A stretch of 64,000 bases of DNA from Octopus sinensis (Eukaryota). The stretch covers positions 166,284,001-166,348,000 of the forward strand of contig NC_042999.1 in assembly GCF_006345805.1 (NCBI RefSeq), written 5' to 3'. Numbering within the stretch: the stretch's first letter is position 1; the number at the start of each line of letters is the position of its first letter. The translations under genes and the position numbers were made by a program. Positions 12,448 to 26,689 of the stretch are shown here, piece after piece. The notes under the pieces were generated by a model that searched no databases, was not told the origin of the DNA, and worked only from the letters and a program-made list of their open reading frames with translations.

Positions 12448-14457
12448 AACCTGGGCTCAGTCACAGCTACCTGACAACTCACCAAATAACAAAGAAGACA
12501 GAAACAAGTCAAGCACTTCTAAAATGACAAACTCCCACCTAGGTCTATAAAAGGGCAGTTTAGCCGGTACATTGGTTTGGGATAGAAGAATCAAGAAGGG
12601 ATTTGTGAGCAGATGAGTCCCTATCTTAGAAAGAGAAGTGGGTAAAAAGCTCCCAAGAATTTTGAGAGGCTCCCGGAAAAGGGGTGAAAGCAGTTTTATT
12701 TCACCTTTTTAAATGCCCTGTCGGAGACACTAGTCGTACCTGTTCTATTTTACTACTGAATATTTGTGAATTGTGGCTTGATCGAAATACGATATGAACC
12801 ACTGATCCCTTGACTGGTTGCTTTGTATTTTGTTGAATCGGTTTTGTGCATACATTATTCTCGTATGATAAATGAAATCTAATTGTACTCACGACAGCTT
12901 TCGAACTCAGTATTTCTAGCAAAGGAAAATATTCGTTCTTTATTCAGTAAGTCGACTGCTTTACAGTAATGAATTAACCCTTTATCTGTCCAAAACTTTT
13001 CATAAGTTTGTTCTCAACGTCCATGTTTGTTTTGAGATCTTTAGCAAGCCCTTGTTTCATATGTTCTAAATAGTATAGAGCTTTCCTTTCAGAAGTCTGA
13101 AGTTATTCTGGTGGTTGAAAAAACTTAGGAATGTGTATCATATATGATACATAGACGCCAGGGAATTATGTTCTGTGAATTACATTAGATATTTAGGACA
13201 GTGAAGGGATTTGTGGCGCTGCTGCTGATGGAGCCTATTAACTGCTTGGAGGACCGAGAAGTTGGTAAACTATGTGGGTTGCAAAATATAATACAAAATA
13301 AACACAGTATGAACGAAGCGATAGAAACAACAGGCCTATCAAAGAGCTTCAATACTATCGCCGGACCTGTCATAAATTACTGCGAAATTTCCTCTAAATC
13401 ACACCTTATCGTTAAGAAAAAGATACTTAAGATAATACAGTCCCTGTTATACAAAATATACAAGAAAGATGAGATGGTCACAGATGAAACGCCTTTATAA
13501 CGAACCAGCTCCATCTGAACTGTCATTCGGTTAAACGACAAACACTCTCCATCAGACGTTGATCTAATTTCACTGTGAAATGGTTTCTTCCGCTGACTGC
13601 TTCCCTTTTCCACGAGAAACATAAAAACAAAGCCCTTGTTGTGACAAGAATTTTCTTTAAATTTTCGCTGATAAACAATTTTTTCCCGTCGCTATTTACT
13701 ATTAGTTCCCAAACAGCATTGCTATTACGTAACTTAACATATAGTGTTACTATCATGAGTTACAGGATCCTGTTCTCGGTTAGAAGAATAAAATATAGAT
13801 AAAAAGAAAAGGACACTCGTATAAGCACAAATGTTTGCTAGACTCGGTTAACAGCTGTTCAATAAATAAAACATACTGACCTATATTGTACTATTCTGCC
13901 TAAAAATATTTTCGTCAAATAATTAAGCAATGTTTTTATGAACTGTTGCACGAACACTCGGTTTTTCTATGCTGTTCAAAAACCTTAGTTTCTCATTCAC
14001 TAACTTTTATTCGTTGTTAAAGAAGTAACACAGAGCAAGTGATGGCTTACTGACATTTGCAATTTAAAACACGCGCACGCGAATATGTGTGTGCGCGTGT
14101 GTGTTCGTGTGCGTATGCGTGTGCGTGCGTGTATTTTACACACACACACATGCACACACGTACACACGATTATGTACATGCGTGTATATGTGGCCATGTA
14201 TGCATATGTGTATGCACGTGTGTGTACGTGAAAGTATGTGTGTATATGTGTACGCACACTCACACAGACACACATTTACATTTATAAGCAGTAGGATTGT
14301 ATGTGTATATACATGTGCGTATGTGTATTTATTCCAATATCCGTTTACGTCCGTATTTCTATGCTTGCACGGCTTGGACGGGACTTTTTCAACACAGTTC
14401 GTCGCCATTAGCTGTGATCCATCATCAACTCCTTCGTTTCATCTTCTGAGATCAGAC

Positions 14458-14551
14458 TCTTCTTCTTCTTCTTCTTCTTCTTCTTCTTCTTCTTCTCTTC
14501 TTCTTCTTCTTCTTCTTCTTCTTCTTCTTCTTCTTCTTCTTCTTCTTCTTC
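14458..14551. repeat. (TTC)n microsatellite
   Basis: Direct reading. Confidence 0.95.
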
Positions 14552-14740
14552 CCATCATCCCCTTCTCTGCAGATTCTCTCAGTTTGGATCACTTGCTACT
14601 TCCTTACCCAAACGTCATCTCCCAAACGCACTTTATGTCTTTACCAGCAAAGTCTTCTCATTGGTACACCAAAACAGATTTCTCTTAAACTCGGTTTTCC
14701 TCTCAACTCAACTGTGCTCCATCGTTCATGTGCACTAACA

Positions 14741-15443
14741 GGCATTCCTACATAAGTGTGTCCCACCGACTTTGTTTCCTCATAACTTCCAGAAAAATGG
14801 ATCTTTTAAAAATGAAATATTCTGCAAATACGCTTTAGATGGTGTAGAATCCGAAATTTGTAGTGAAAATGTTTTCCGAGGATGAAGTGAGCAGTTTTGT
14901 AGATTCACATGACTTGGCTTTGTTTCCTCATAACTTTCAGAAAAATTGGGGTTTTTTTAATGAAATTTTTTATAAATGTCTTTCTGAGTGTGTAGGTTAC
15001 GATTATATTGGAATTTGAAATGAAAAGATAAATGCTGGGCGTGCACACATACATACTGACACATATCACGAAATGAAACTTGAAATTTTGAAAAAAAAAA
15101 AAAAAGAATTGTAATGTGTGTCAGTATGTATGTATCCATGACCACCATTTTGTTTCACATTAAATTCTGATATAATCGTAATCGACACACTCTGAAAGAT
15201 ATTTGTAGAAAATTTCATTAAAAATCCTTTCTTTTTCAGTTATGAGTAAACAAAGCTGACTCGTGTTAATTTTCCTAAATTCTTTTCTCCACCTCCGGAA
15301 ATAATTTTCGCAATAAATTCCGATATAATTGGAATCTACACCATTTGAAGCGCATTTATTGAAAATTTCATAAGAAATATTCGTTTTTCTGAAAGTTATG
15401 AGGAAATAAAGTCGGTTGTGGGGAGCACTTGTGTAGGTATGCC
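14741..15443. mobile_element. second MITE of the same family
   Basis: TSD CACTAACA at 14733-14740 and 15444-15451; GGCATTCCTAC / GTAGGTATGCC termini. Confidence 0.82.
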
Positions 15444-15574
15444 CACTAACATTTCACATCCAATGGAGCATATTCGTTCCATTTCTCTGCAATTCTCGTA
15501 CAACTCCGCACTTAATAGCTATATTTCGCAGCAATGCAATGTCGCACTTTGCATATAAACATCATACTATCCAC

Positions 15575-15980
15575 TGGCTGTGTGGTAAGTAGCTTGCTAA
15601 CCAACCACATGGTTCCGGGTTCAGTCCCACTGCGTGGCATCTTGGGCAAGTGTCTTCTGCTATAGCCCCGGGCCGACCAATACCTTGTGAGTGGATTTGG
15701 TAGACGGAAACTGAAAGAAGCCTGTCGTATATATGTATATATATATAAGTGTGTGTGTATATGTTTGTGTGTCTGTGTTTGTTCCCCTAGCATTGCTTGA
15801 CAACCGATGCTGGTGTGTTTACGTCCCCGTCACTTAGCGGCTCGGCAAAAAGAGACTGATAGAATAAGTACTGGGCTTACAAAAAGAATGAGTCCCGGGG
15901 TCGAGTTGCTCGACTAAAAGGCGGTGCTCCAGCATGGCCGCAGTCAAAATGACTGAAACAAGTAAAAGAATAAAAGAAGA
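15575..15980 (+). mobile_element. SINE family A, near full length
   Basis: Near-identical to 4991-5407 in the opposite orientation. Confidence 0.9.
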
Positions 15981-16499
15981 ATTCGATCAGAAAAGAAATC
16001 CTTTTGTTACCAGCCGATATAATAGCTCTCCGAACTTTTCCACCCGAGTTTTTACTATATTTTCGCAACACTTTCTCCGTCTCATTGCTGATTAAGTCAC
16101 CAAGGTTACAAGCGACCAATTATTTCTTGGCAGCCTTCTGGGTATTTGAAAGATTTCATGCCACTCTGGCTGCTAAGCACTCTTGTACAACTACTATGTA
16201 TTATAAAATCATTCCTTCAAGACAGTCTGTCAGTAATTCTATTGTATTTCTTGAGCACTCGTAGTTTAGGGCTCACTGTGTATAATTTCTACCAACACCT
16301 TTTCTATGCACCGAATATGGCCATTTCTTAGATGACAATAGAACTCTGTATTCTGTATACAAAACATGATCGCTTTCTTCTGAACCTCTCTCTTCTTCAC
16401 GTATCCATTACCTACTTGCTCTCCTATTTCTCTAATTTTTACACGGATCACTAATAAAATATATCTTGAACTCGCAGTTATTTGATTCCCACTGTGAAT

Positions 16500-16535
16500 G
16501 TATGTACATGTGTTTGCGCGTGCGTGTGTGTGTGA

Positions 16536-16604
<69 letters not shown>

Positions 16605-16625
16605 TATGTATGTATGTGTGTGTGG

Positions 16626-16664
<39 letters not shown>

Positions 16665-16685
16665 ATGTATCTATCTATCTATCTA

Positions 16686-16726
<41 letters not shown>

Positions 16727-16880
16727 TATATATATTATATACGCATACATAAATATATTTATATACACATACACGATAATACGTACATGCATGCATACAT
16801 ACATGCATGCATACATACATACATACATACATACATACATACATACATACATCATACATACATACATACATACATACATA
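16500..16880. repeat. compound (TA)n/(TG)n/(TACA)n microsatellite
   Basis: Direct reading. Confidence 0.95.
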
Positions 16881-17039
16881 CAGGTTCAAAAGGTGAATTT
16901 GTTTTTATTATCTACGTTCCAATGGTGGAGCTGTGTATCTTTGTTAGAAAATCAACTCTTTCTTTACAGAAAGATTTCAAATAATTAAAAATAGATGAGA
17001 ACATATGTAGACATTAACTATTATGCAAAGTGCATTCCA

Positions 17040-17660
17040 GGAGTTTTCAAACTTTTTCAAAGAGGTCCAAAACTCTAATTTCTTTCAGAGTAGGATCCTC
17101 TGAAATTCACTGCGCCCCAGCCGTTTTGTAAAGGTCCCTTGTGAGAGCCTCGTTTATCTTCAAAACGACTGGCCCCGAGTGTCTCCTTCAGCTTGGGGAA
17201 CAACCAAAAGTCACAAGGAGCAAGATCTGGATAGTAGGGTGAGTGACGGGCGGCTTCGATGCCCATCTCTGCCAAGTAGTTGGTTACCAGGATGATCGTC
17301 ACTTAGCACCCGAGGAAGAAACTTTACACAAATGTTGCGTATGTTCACATTTTCATGAACACTTCAGTGTACAATTGTCACACCAACTCCAAACTGAACA
17401 CTTATTGTCTTTATAGACATACGTCGGTCTTCATCCAGAATATTGCGAATTTTCTCAACCAGTTTTGATGTTCTAACGTCCCTGTCACACCCACAGCCTC
17501 TTACCGCCTCTTCACCGTCCTTGAACCTCTTCTGCTACCGAAAAAGTTTATCCATAAGCAATCTAGAGCATTTCATAAGTTTCTCTAGTGTTTTTGCCCA
17601 GTTTAACACAAAATTTTATTGCATAGCGAGCTTGCATGTATTCCGACTGCATTCTGCAAA
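17040..17660 (-). mobile_element. mariner transposase remnant
   Basis: HSPYYPDLAPCDFWLFPKLK (YSPDLAP motif) at 17075-17302. Confidence 0.8.
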
Positions 17661-20019
17661 CTAGTTGGCCGAGACAAGCAGTGTTTAAAAGGGTGGTGTT
17701 CGATGTGCTGTTAAAGCCGGCTCTTTCAATCTGCAATAACGAAGGTCAGTTTATTAGATGTATAGTCGTGATAGACTAAAATCACAATAATCCAGAACAG
17801 TTATAAATGCTTCTCCTAAAAAAGTCTCAAAACATCTGAAAAGCAACGCGTTCATGTCACTTTGTTTTTCAGTCATCACGTTCCTTAATAATCAGATTCG
17901 TTACAACGTTGGTAGAAAAAACTTTTGCGGTATTTAGTTACGGCCGTATGTTAAAATCAGAAAGAATTATTATAATTGTTAGGTGTTCGGTTAATCAGAG
18001 TCGGCAGGTTCTCGGTAGTTGGTATGTTTCATCCCTTAAATTCCATCCCAAAGTATTTTTCATCCCTTAAAATTTGCATCCTCCTTGCACTTTTTAGGAA
18101 AATCCAGCAGCGTGCAGAATGCGAAATATGATAAATTTTCCTACACACACCCAACAAATAAATTCTATACTCCTCTGTACGTTGCTTTGCCTTGGGGTCC
18201 TAGAATATTGCTAAGTTTTCCCTGTCTTGTGGGCCCAATAATCAAAAGGGTTCCAGCTATAACTGTCCAATATTTAATTCGGAGTATCTGAATTTTATCT
18301 TTTACATGTTTCAGTCATTGGACTGCTGTCGTTCTGGGGCAATGCATTCAAGGGATTTTAATCGAACGAATCAATACCAGTACTTATTTTTTAAAGCCTG
18401 CAACTTATTCTGCCGGTATCTTGTGATGAACCGTTAAGTTAAGGGAACGTAATCAAACCAACACACATACAAATACGATGGACTTGTTTCAGTTTCCATC
18501 AACCAAATCCATTCGTAAGTCTTTGGTCGACCCAGGACTGCAGTAGAAAACACTTGCTCAAGATGCCGCGCAGTGGAAGGGACTGAATCCGGAACAATGT
18601 GGATGGGAGGCAAGCTTATTAACACCCAGCCACGCCTGCAGCTATATCTAAAGTTGACCCTATTTAATGTATCCTTACTCTAATGTGTGAGTTGAGAACG
18701 ATTTGTCAGTTATTTCTAACAGATCGAACTACTGTGTCGATGCTCCCTTATGGTTGAGATGTCACAGTGAATGGATTTAACATCTGCTACTTGCTGAAAA
18801 AAAAAAGGGATGACCAAGGACCGTATCTTGTCAAAACATACTTAGAAAATATGCGTAAAGCCAGGGTCTCAGTCCGTCTATACGTAATGGAGATACAACG
18901 CCTAACTAACATATGTTAACGAAGCATTGTTTATTTTTATTTTTTCATCAGGCTCTCCGTCGGTTACGATGAGGAGTGTTCCAGTTGATCCGATCAATGG
19001 AACAGCTTTCCCGTGAAATTAAGGTGCAAGTAACCGAGCACCCCATAAATACCCTTTACGTGATTCTCGGGGAGATTCAGCTTGACACTGAGTGTGACAA
19101 GGCTGACCCTTTAGAATACTGGTAAAACTCCTTTTTGCCAGCTGGGTGGACTGGAGCTACATCAAATAAAGAGTCTTGATCATGGACACAACACACCACC
19201 AGGTTTAGTTTTATGCTACAAAAGCTTAAAGATTTTTAAATCGAAGTCTCTCCACGGTCATATAGGAGGCCACTTGGAAATGACTTCAGTACACAGTCTA
19301 TGACGTCACTCTATGACTATGACATCTGCTTTATAGCTACTATCACTTTTGAGAATATAGGAAATCGTTTAATGTATGCGTGGGCGCTAATTGTCGCGGT
19401 ATGAGTAGAGCTAAATGGGGGAGTATATATGTTGGGGTGCGTAGGAAGATTTGGTGGGTAAAAATTAATATTTGTGTACTTTTGAAGGTGACGAGCGGGC
19501 GGAATCGTTATCACGCCGGGCCAAATGCTTAATAGCATTTCATCCGTCTTTACGTTCCGAGTTCAAATTCCGCCGAGGTCGAATATGCCTATTATCCTTT
19601 CGATGAAATAAGTACCAGTTGAATACTGAGGTTGATGTAATCGATTTACTACCATCCTCGAAATTACTGGCCTTGTGCCAAAATTTGAAAGCCATTTTTT
19701 GTTACTACTATAGTATATCTACCAACTGCAGGTAGAATGAAATATGTTAAAAATCATTAAACATTTATTCTACAAAATTTTAAAAAATCATCAAATATTG
19801 ATTTTAATGTTTGTAAACTGATCTGATATCATTAAAAAAAAAGTAGTGAACACGTCATCGTTTTTCATGTGCACTTTCCAAAAATAATGACCGAAATGTG
19901 ATTGAAAATGTCGAGTAGGTACGTCCCTTTTTTCTCGAGTATTTCAATCTTGGCATCAAGCCACAATCGCTCAATAACTCGTGTATGATCTCCTGATATC
20001 GGGTCCACACAATATTAAA

Positions 20020-20343
20020 CTAGTCTGCCGGCGACTTTCCAGTAAAGGTTTCTGTAGTACTCATCGGGATTTCGTGAATAAAATAGTACACTAATTCTAA
20101 AATTCCACACACTGCTATTGATCTTTCCATTTCAGTCGGTAGAGTGGAAAAACTGATTTCTTTTCCGAACTGAGCGATATGCTTGACAACCCTGAAGTTA
20201 ATTTTTTTCGGACATCTCAATATTGGCCGAAATTCTCCCGTTCTATTCCTCTTTCTTTTTTCTTGCATTTGTGTTCCGCATTTATGACAAGAAGGCACAT
20301 TTCCTACCTGGTCAATAAGACTGTACTCTGTCAAAAAGAACAC
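20020..20343 (-). mobile_element. Merlin/ISXO2-like transposase N-terminal remnant
   Basis: CHKCGTQM...LRCPKK zinc-ribbon-like start and ILELVYYF, resembling Merlin/IS1595-family N-termini; no DDE part seen. Confidence 0.45.
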
Positions 20344-21652
20344 CGCTTCATTATCTCTTCAGATTATTTTGTAAAAATTTCTGGCCAGCCTGGTGTTGGT
20401 GTGAACAACTAAATGGGCTGGAATTAATTACTGAATGCCGTAAGTAGGGGAGGGTGCATTGTCATTTACGGTAGGTCGCAAATAGCAAGGTAGATATCAT
20501 ACTATAGCAGCACCTATATTTTTGCACTCTGCATGCTTGCTGTATTTTTCTTAAAGAGTAAAAAGGACTCGGAGTTTTAAAGGATGAATAAATCTAAATA
20601 CCGAGGTCCTGTCGATTCTGATAAACCAAATACCTAGCAACAATGATCCTTTCTGCCGTAGTCACAAGTCTGAAATTTTATTTTATTTATTTGAGATGGG
20701 GATGAGTCGATTTTATCGAGTCCAGTCTTCAACTGATACTTATTTCATCAACTCCGAAAGGATGAAATGTTAAGTCGACCTCAGCGGGAAAACAACAACA
20801 TTAATTTCAAATTTTAGCACAAGGCCAGTAATTTCGGGGAAGAGGTAAGACGTTTCCATTGACCTCAATGTTCAACTAATACTTATTTTAATATATATAT
20901 ATACGACGGGCTTCTTTTCAGTTTCCGTCTACCAAATCCACTCAATTTCTGTGGGCGAGAGTCGTAGTAAGCGTTGGTGTGTGAATGAGGGGGCTCTGGA
21001 AATGTGTGCGGGCTTGGTAAAAGAAGCTATTTTGGGATGAATAGAAACTAAATATAGGATGTTTTATTAGTGGTTTATCGTAAAGCAGTCATGGGAAAAC
21101 TGTAGCCCGCGGGATCTTCTGAGTGACACTCCTAACTTCACAAGGAAAATAACGTTTATTAATTTTTTTGTTTTTAGTAGTGGGGTCACCTGATGACTAG
21201 CCGTGTCTCATGCAACCTGCTTCTCGGAAAAGTTGACCATACCTGTTATAAAGTCTAAAGGGCCAGAGTTCGAAGCATACAGTTGAAAATAGATAGATGA
21301 TAAACTATGGGGAGAAAGAAGAAAGAACTGCATGCCGAAAAATGAAGGAGGAATTCCTGAAAGGGATCATATATTTGAATGTGCGTGTATGGTAAGGGAA
21401 ATTTTGTTGTGGGTTTGTTTGTGTATGAGTATTCAAGTGTATACATACAAGTTGGCTTGTATTTACCGGTGTTTCTTATGGGGAGAGACAGCGCCTTACC
21501 TCGCGCCTATAACGTTTGCTTGCATTGGAAGGAGGCGGAGAAACTGTTATATTTATTAATATTAATTCCAAACTTTGGCAGAGTAAGTCGATTACACTCT
21601 GTGTGTGTGTGTGTGTGTGTTGTGTGTGTGTGTGGTGTGTGTGTGTGTGTGT

Positions 21653-21685
<33 letters not shown>

Positions 21686-22187
21686 ATGCGTGCGCGCACG
21701 TGTAGTTTTGATTGTGGTGTACAAAAACAATGGAGAAATGTCGTCAGACACTCCTGGTTATATCCGCATATTTGAACAATAAGGCCGGAACTGAGTCGAT
21801 ATAATAGAAGACGAAACAGGAATACCGATAGGGAGAGAGAGTGCGAGAGATAGAGAGAGGAAGAGAGAGAGAGAGAGAAGAAAAAGAAAGAGGAAAGGAA
21901 GAAGAGAGAGAATGGATATAAAAACAAATCAGAAAGGACAGAGTGGGGGCATGATAAAAACGTACAGAAGGAAGAAGAGATAGTGTGAGCCAATTGGCAG
22001 AGAGATAAGCGAGAAAGCAGAGATCGTGTAACGAAATGAGAGATTAGCTGGTGTAGATTTAAAGGTTCAAATAACAAGCAAAGAAAGAAAAAACCATACA
22101 AAACAAAGACACAGGAGGGAGAGAGAGAGAGAGAAGGATATTTAATATTTTCTCTCCATTCTGTATCAGAATGTTTTCACTGTTACT

Positions 22188-22235
<48 letters not shown>

Positions 22236-22297
22236 TAATAAAATAATAATAATGATAATAATGATAATAATGATAATAATGATAATAATAATAATAA

Positions 22298-22852
22298 ATG
22301 CCCTGATGCAGTACCAGGCAGTGGCTCTCATGGCTTCTGATCTTAACTGATTGGAAGTGTTATCATGTACATTGTTTTGTCTTGGTATAAAAGATGGGCT
22401 ACAGCAAATATTCTGCTCAATACCACAGATTTGCTTGTCAGTTGTTTGACCTTAACCAGTTGAGCATGTCCCTTAGTGGCTGACGATATGTACATCTCTG
22501 ATCACGAGCAGAAGTAGTGGGGGAGCATCATAGCCATGTGTTCAGAGGGATTCTTTGGGGTTTGAATAGTTCACCTCTGGAAACATGGGTGGTTCTTTCA
22601 ACATCCTTAAACAACCCTTATTCAGGGACCGTTTGAGTGGGATGGGCTACTCACCTGAAGAAAATTCTAACTGGGCCCCACCTGCAAGGTCATGTGCTGT
22701 TTATTTTGATATGAGATCACCATGTCGCGCACATATGGTTGTGATGCATGTGCCTAGTGTACCCTTATCAGATGGGTAGTCATGTTGGGTATACTGGGCT
22801 TCGTATATTTTACCCCGGTGACACTTTGATGGCATGCACTGCTCTCTCACTC
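22298..22852. mobile_element. ~555-bp non-coding interspersed repeat inside an (AAT)n array; partial second copy at about 59055-59218
   Basis: (AAT)n on both sides; about 160 bp is shared with 59055-59218. Confidence 0.6.
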
Positions 22853-22869
22853 AATAATAATAATAATAA

Positions 22870-23640
22870 TACTTTATTGGCCACCAGGGCTGAATACAGA
22901 ACTTAGAGGACGATACAGAGACGAGGGAGAGTGATGTTAAACGTGTAAACAACCAACAAAAACAACTATTAACGAAGAGATTAAATCAACAATATGCTTC
23001 CCCAATAGGAGGGAGTTCCACCGTAAGGTGACCAAAAAGATCTCACGCACTTTGGACCCCTTAACACCGAAGGTTCCTCAAGAAGGCACCTTCTCCTCTC
23101 CTTTCCATCCGGCCTACAGGCGCACATTTAGAGTAGGCCCATTCACGCGAGCCATTCTTGTCACATTCACCCACCTTTTCCACGAACTTACTGGGTGACC
23201 GTACCTCCCTCTCCAGCCTCACTTCCTTTTCAGGTGGAACCTGAAAAAGTCAATGAGGCCTCGGCCTGAGAGGAAGGTCCTCGTCTTCAACATTTTCAAT
23301 CGCGTCCACCACACAACCTCTTTTGCCATAGTTACCAAACGGACATGCTCGACTGGTTAAGGCCAAGTAACAGACAAGCAAATCAGTCGTCAGCTTGGAA
23401 CACATTGATCACGTTCTAACCATGCGATGTGTCCTGATTGTAAACCAATCTTGCAGAGATATCATGCCATGTCATGGAACATCATCGAATGTCCTTAAAG
23501 TTCAGGCGCTTTTCCCAGTGTTAAAGCATTCCCATGCCAAGAATAATGCCAGAGGTTTGAGAGTCACAAGAGAACATACACCTCACCTCGCGTCACAAGC
23601 ACGTAGAACGTAACCTAATATGACAGGAGAAACGCAAAGT
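22870..23640 (-). mobile_element. L1/Tx1-like LINE 3' remnant
   Basis: The - strand ends in AATAAA followed by (TAT)n; degenerate C-terminal ORF2-like peptide (WKRWVNVTRMARVNG). Confidence 0.5.
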
Positions 23641-24419
23641 TTTCCTCCCTACATTCCAGCCAGAAACATAGGGGTTTCTTGTATAATGACAATCCAACTC
23701 TTTTCGGCATTGGTAATCATTATTATATTAACCTGTTACACTGAGCTCGATATCTAATCTCGCTATATTACCACTAGCAACCAATTGAAGTTAATATTCA
23801 ATTGTTCTCCTGTTCAATAAATCTTACAGTAAAAATACTACGTTTGACTATTATGGTTTAACTCAAAATCCAGAGTATGCCAATAAGTAACATGCCAAAA
23901 CAGTGATATTGCTGACAACAAAACCCTTTTCGGTGCGACAGTGGTGGCAGGACATCACATTCAGTGCGGCAGATAGTTATCATGTGGTTTACGGTCGTAA
24001 AAAAAAAGTGAAAGTAAATTGCGCTAAAGACCAGAAGTGTCGACACTGACATCCCATAATTTCATGTAAGCGATGTGTGTGACACTCTCTTAGCCACATG
24101 TATATTAGTTGTATCATATTAGTGGTTAAATAACTCTTCTCGAAAAGGGAATTGGCTCGTATTGTCCAAGTGTATTCCAAGAAGTACGCCACGGCTTCCC
24201 GCTGATTCTTTTTGTAAAACCGAGTAACTATCATGCGTCGACATTAAAGTCATGGAATTGCTTTCTAAGTGGTGTTGTCCGTTACTGGGTATTCAACAAT
24301 TGGAACGATGTACTTCAGCTGCTATTTCTGAAATACATACTTAATGTGAGACGGGACAAAAACATCTAAGATCTGGACAATTTATGTTAATAGAATACTT
24401 TTCTGTTGGTAAAAATGTT

Positions 24420-24463
<44 letters not shown>

Positions 24464-25080
24464 GCTTGCTTAGTGCAGGGTGGGGTATTAAAAATTAAGA
24501 TTATAAATTTTTGTTGTTGTTGCTTAAATCCCAGCAATGGACTTCCACATCATCAAACTACACAATGTGCTTATAGGGAGAAAAATATTTAAAAAGCATC
24601 AGTGTATGGTGACGAAGAAACGAGGAAGTCATGAGATGTACTAGAAACAATAGCTAAACCACATTTAAATTACACATCTTTGCGTCTGAAAATAATTTTG
24701 AAATTATAAACAGAAACAAATTACAGATTCGGACTGACTGTATTTTAAAACCAGGATTTTTAAAAATTAGCAAAAAGCCGAAATTTTGGGATTTATAGGG
24801 AGGGGGGGGGGGTTAATGAAAGGGTTTTTAAAATTTTACTATTGTTTTAATATTAAGTTTCATTTTCTGTTTGAAAATAAAGGAAATGGGGATTGTCATG
24901 GTAACCGCGGATTTCATCTTTTTTTTATTTAACCTTCAAGGCTTCTCCCATCGTCATTAAAAAAAAAAAAAAACAAAAAAAAAACCAAAATCGGTTCTGA
25001 GCGGAAAAGTGGAATTTTCAAAGATTTATTTAAAAGCATCGTTTTTAAGTTGCGTAATGCAAAAAAAAAAACAAGAAGAA

Positions 25081-25122
<42 letters not shown>

Positions 25123-25256
25123 CATACATACAGACATACATACATACATACAGACATACATACATACATACATACATATGTAATTACCTGTGGATTGTTG
25201 GTAAGTTTTTCCCCTCCATCTTCTTTTTCTCTTGGACTTTCCTCTGTCTCCTGTTT

Positions 25257-25283
25257 CTGAAGAAGAGCTGTGCTCGAAACATA
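25257..25283 (+). ncRNA. minimal hammerhead-ribozyme-like motif in a Penelope-type terminal repeat
   Basis: CTGAAGA-A-GAGC-TGT-GCTC-GAAAC; a related degenerate motif lies on the - strand at 435-461. Confidence 0.45.
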
Positions 25284-25389
25284 AAACCCCCCTTCTTTCC
25301 TTTTTTAATACTTTGCATGTACCACGTCCTCGCGTTGTTGTTTTTCACCCCGTTTTGGGGGGTTTGAATTCATTGTGTGTGTGTGTGTG

Positions 25390-26187
25390 TTAGCAAAACG
25401 GTCCACGAGTGACGTGGAGAAGCTTGTGGGGAAGGTGCAGGCATACGCCATTCCAGGCAGGCCGATCCTGGACAATCTTCACCTTATACACTACACATTA
25501 CAACAAAGGTCCATTGAGACCAAAATAAAGCGTTTGATAGGGTAGACCACCAGTCCTTGGCGGCGGTCTTCGAAGCGGCTGGGCTGGGCCCGGACTTCCG
25601 TAGCTGGATCTCCGCAATGTATAGCGGCATCAAATCCACCGTTCAGATAAACGGCTACCTGTCGGAGATTCAAACGGCTACCTTGAAGAGATTCAAACCC
25701 GGTTTTATTAAAAGACGTAATCTGACAGAATGGCAAAAAGAGTGCCGACAAGTACTCGTGCTAATCCACGAGGCCGGCAGTGGGAATACCACCTCGGTTT
25801 TGAATAAAGTGCTGGTTGAGTTTTAAAATGATGACGTCCTTGGGGGGGGGGTCCGACGAGAACCAACTTGCCAACCTGTTCCAAAAAAACTTTCAGGCCG
25901 GGGTATTTGGATAATTACCAAAAATCCCTGACCTGGCACTGCTACAGGAACGCTTTACCTGCTCGCGATAAGTTACCCAGGTACGGAATGTCAGTGCCAA
26001 CAGCATGAAACCATCCAGCACGCTTTTGTAGAGTGCCGGAAACTTTCAGGCTTGATAATTTACTTTGAATACGTGTTGTCACACCTAGGCAGAGTACAGC
26101 TATCAGTTGAGTCTATAATAAAGATTGTGCCGCCAACCGGACTCTCAAAGGTGAGGTATGTTTTCTCTGTTCAGTGGCAATGTTGAA

Positions 26188-26219
<32 letters not shown>

Positions 26220-26620
26220 GACGTCCAGATTGCAAGGACTCGTGACGGGATCCTTCATCTCTGGCCCTGGTTTGCTGACATACTTCAGATACCATCTGAA
26301 GAACAAGATAGGGCTGGAGAAGAGATGCATGCCGCGAGGTGTGTTCGAGAAAAGATGGACGGTTGTGGTAAGAAAGGTGGGTGCAAGTGACCCTGCTTAT
26401 CTTCATGGGAAAAGGAAAAGGTATAGTCGCTGGACTTTTCACCCCATCAGGCTTAATCCCCACCCCAAAAAAGTCAAATTTTATATATCATTCAATATTT
26501 TTAAAAAACTAAGTATCATACGAACTCATAATAACAATAAATCTTTGTATTGTCTTGTTTTGTTCCCTCTATGTACGATATTAATTATCCCAATAAAAAA
26601 ATTCATCTCTACCAGACTCG
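25390..26620 (+). mobile_element. L1/Tx1-like LINE ORF2 3' remnant with deletions
   Basis: PGRPILDNLHL, DQNKAFDRVDH and WISAMYSGIKSTVQINGYLSE RT motifs; C-terminal zinc-knuckle remnant; AATAAA near 26591. Confidence 0.7.
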
Positions 26621-26689
26621 TGTCAGGCTTTTTGGTTGTCGCATATTTGTGTTCGTGAGTTCAAATTTGTTATATATTCAATGTTTTAC

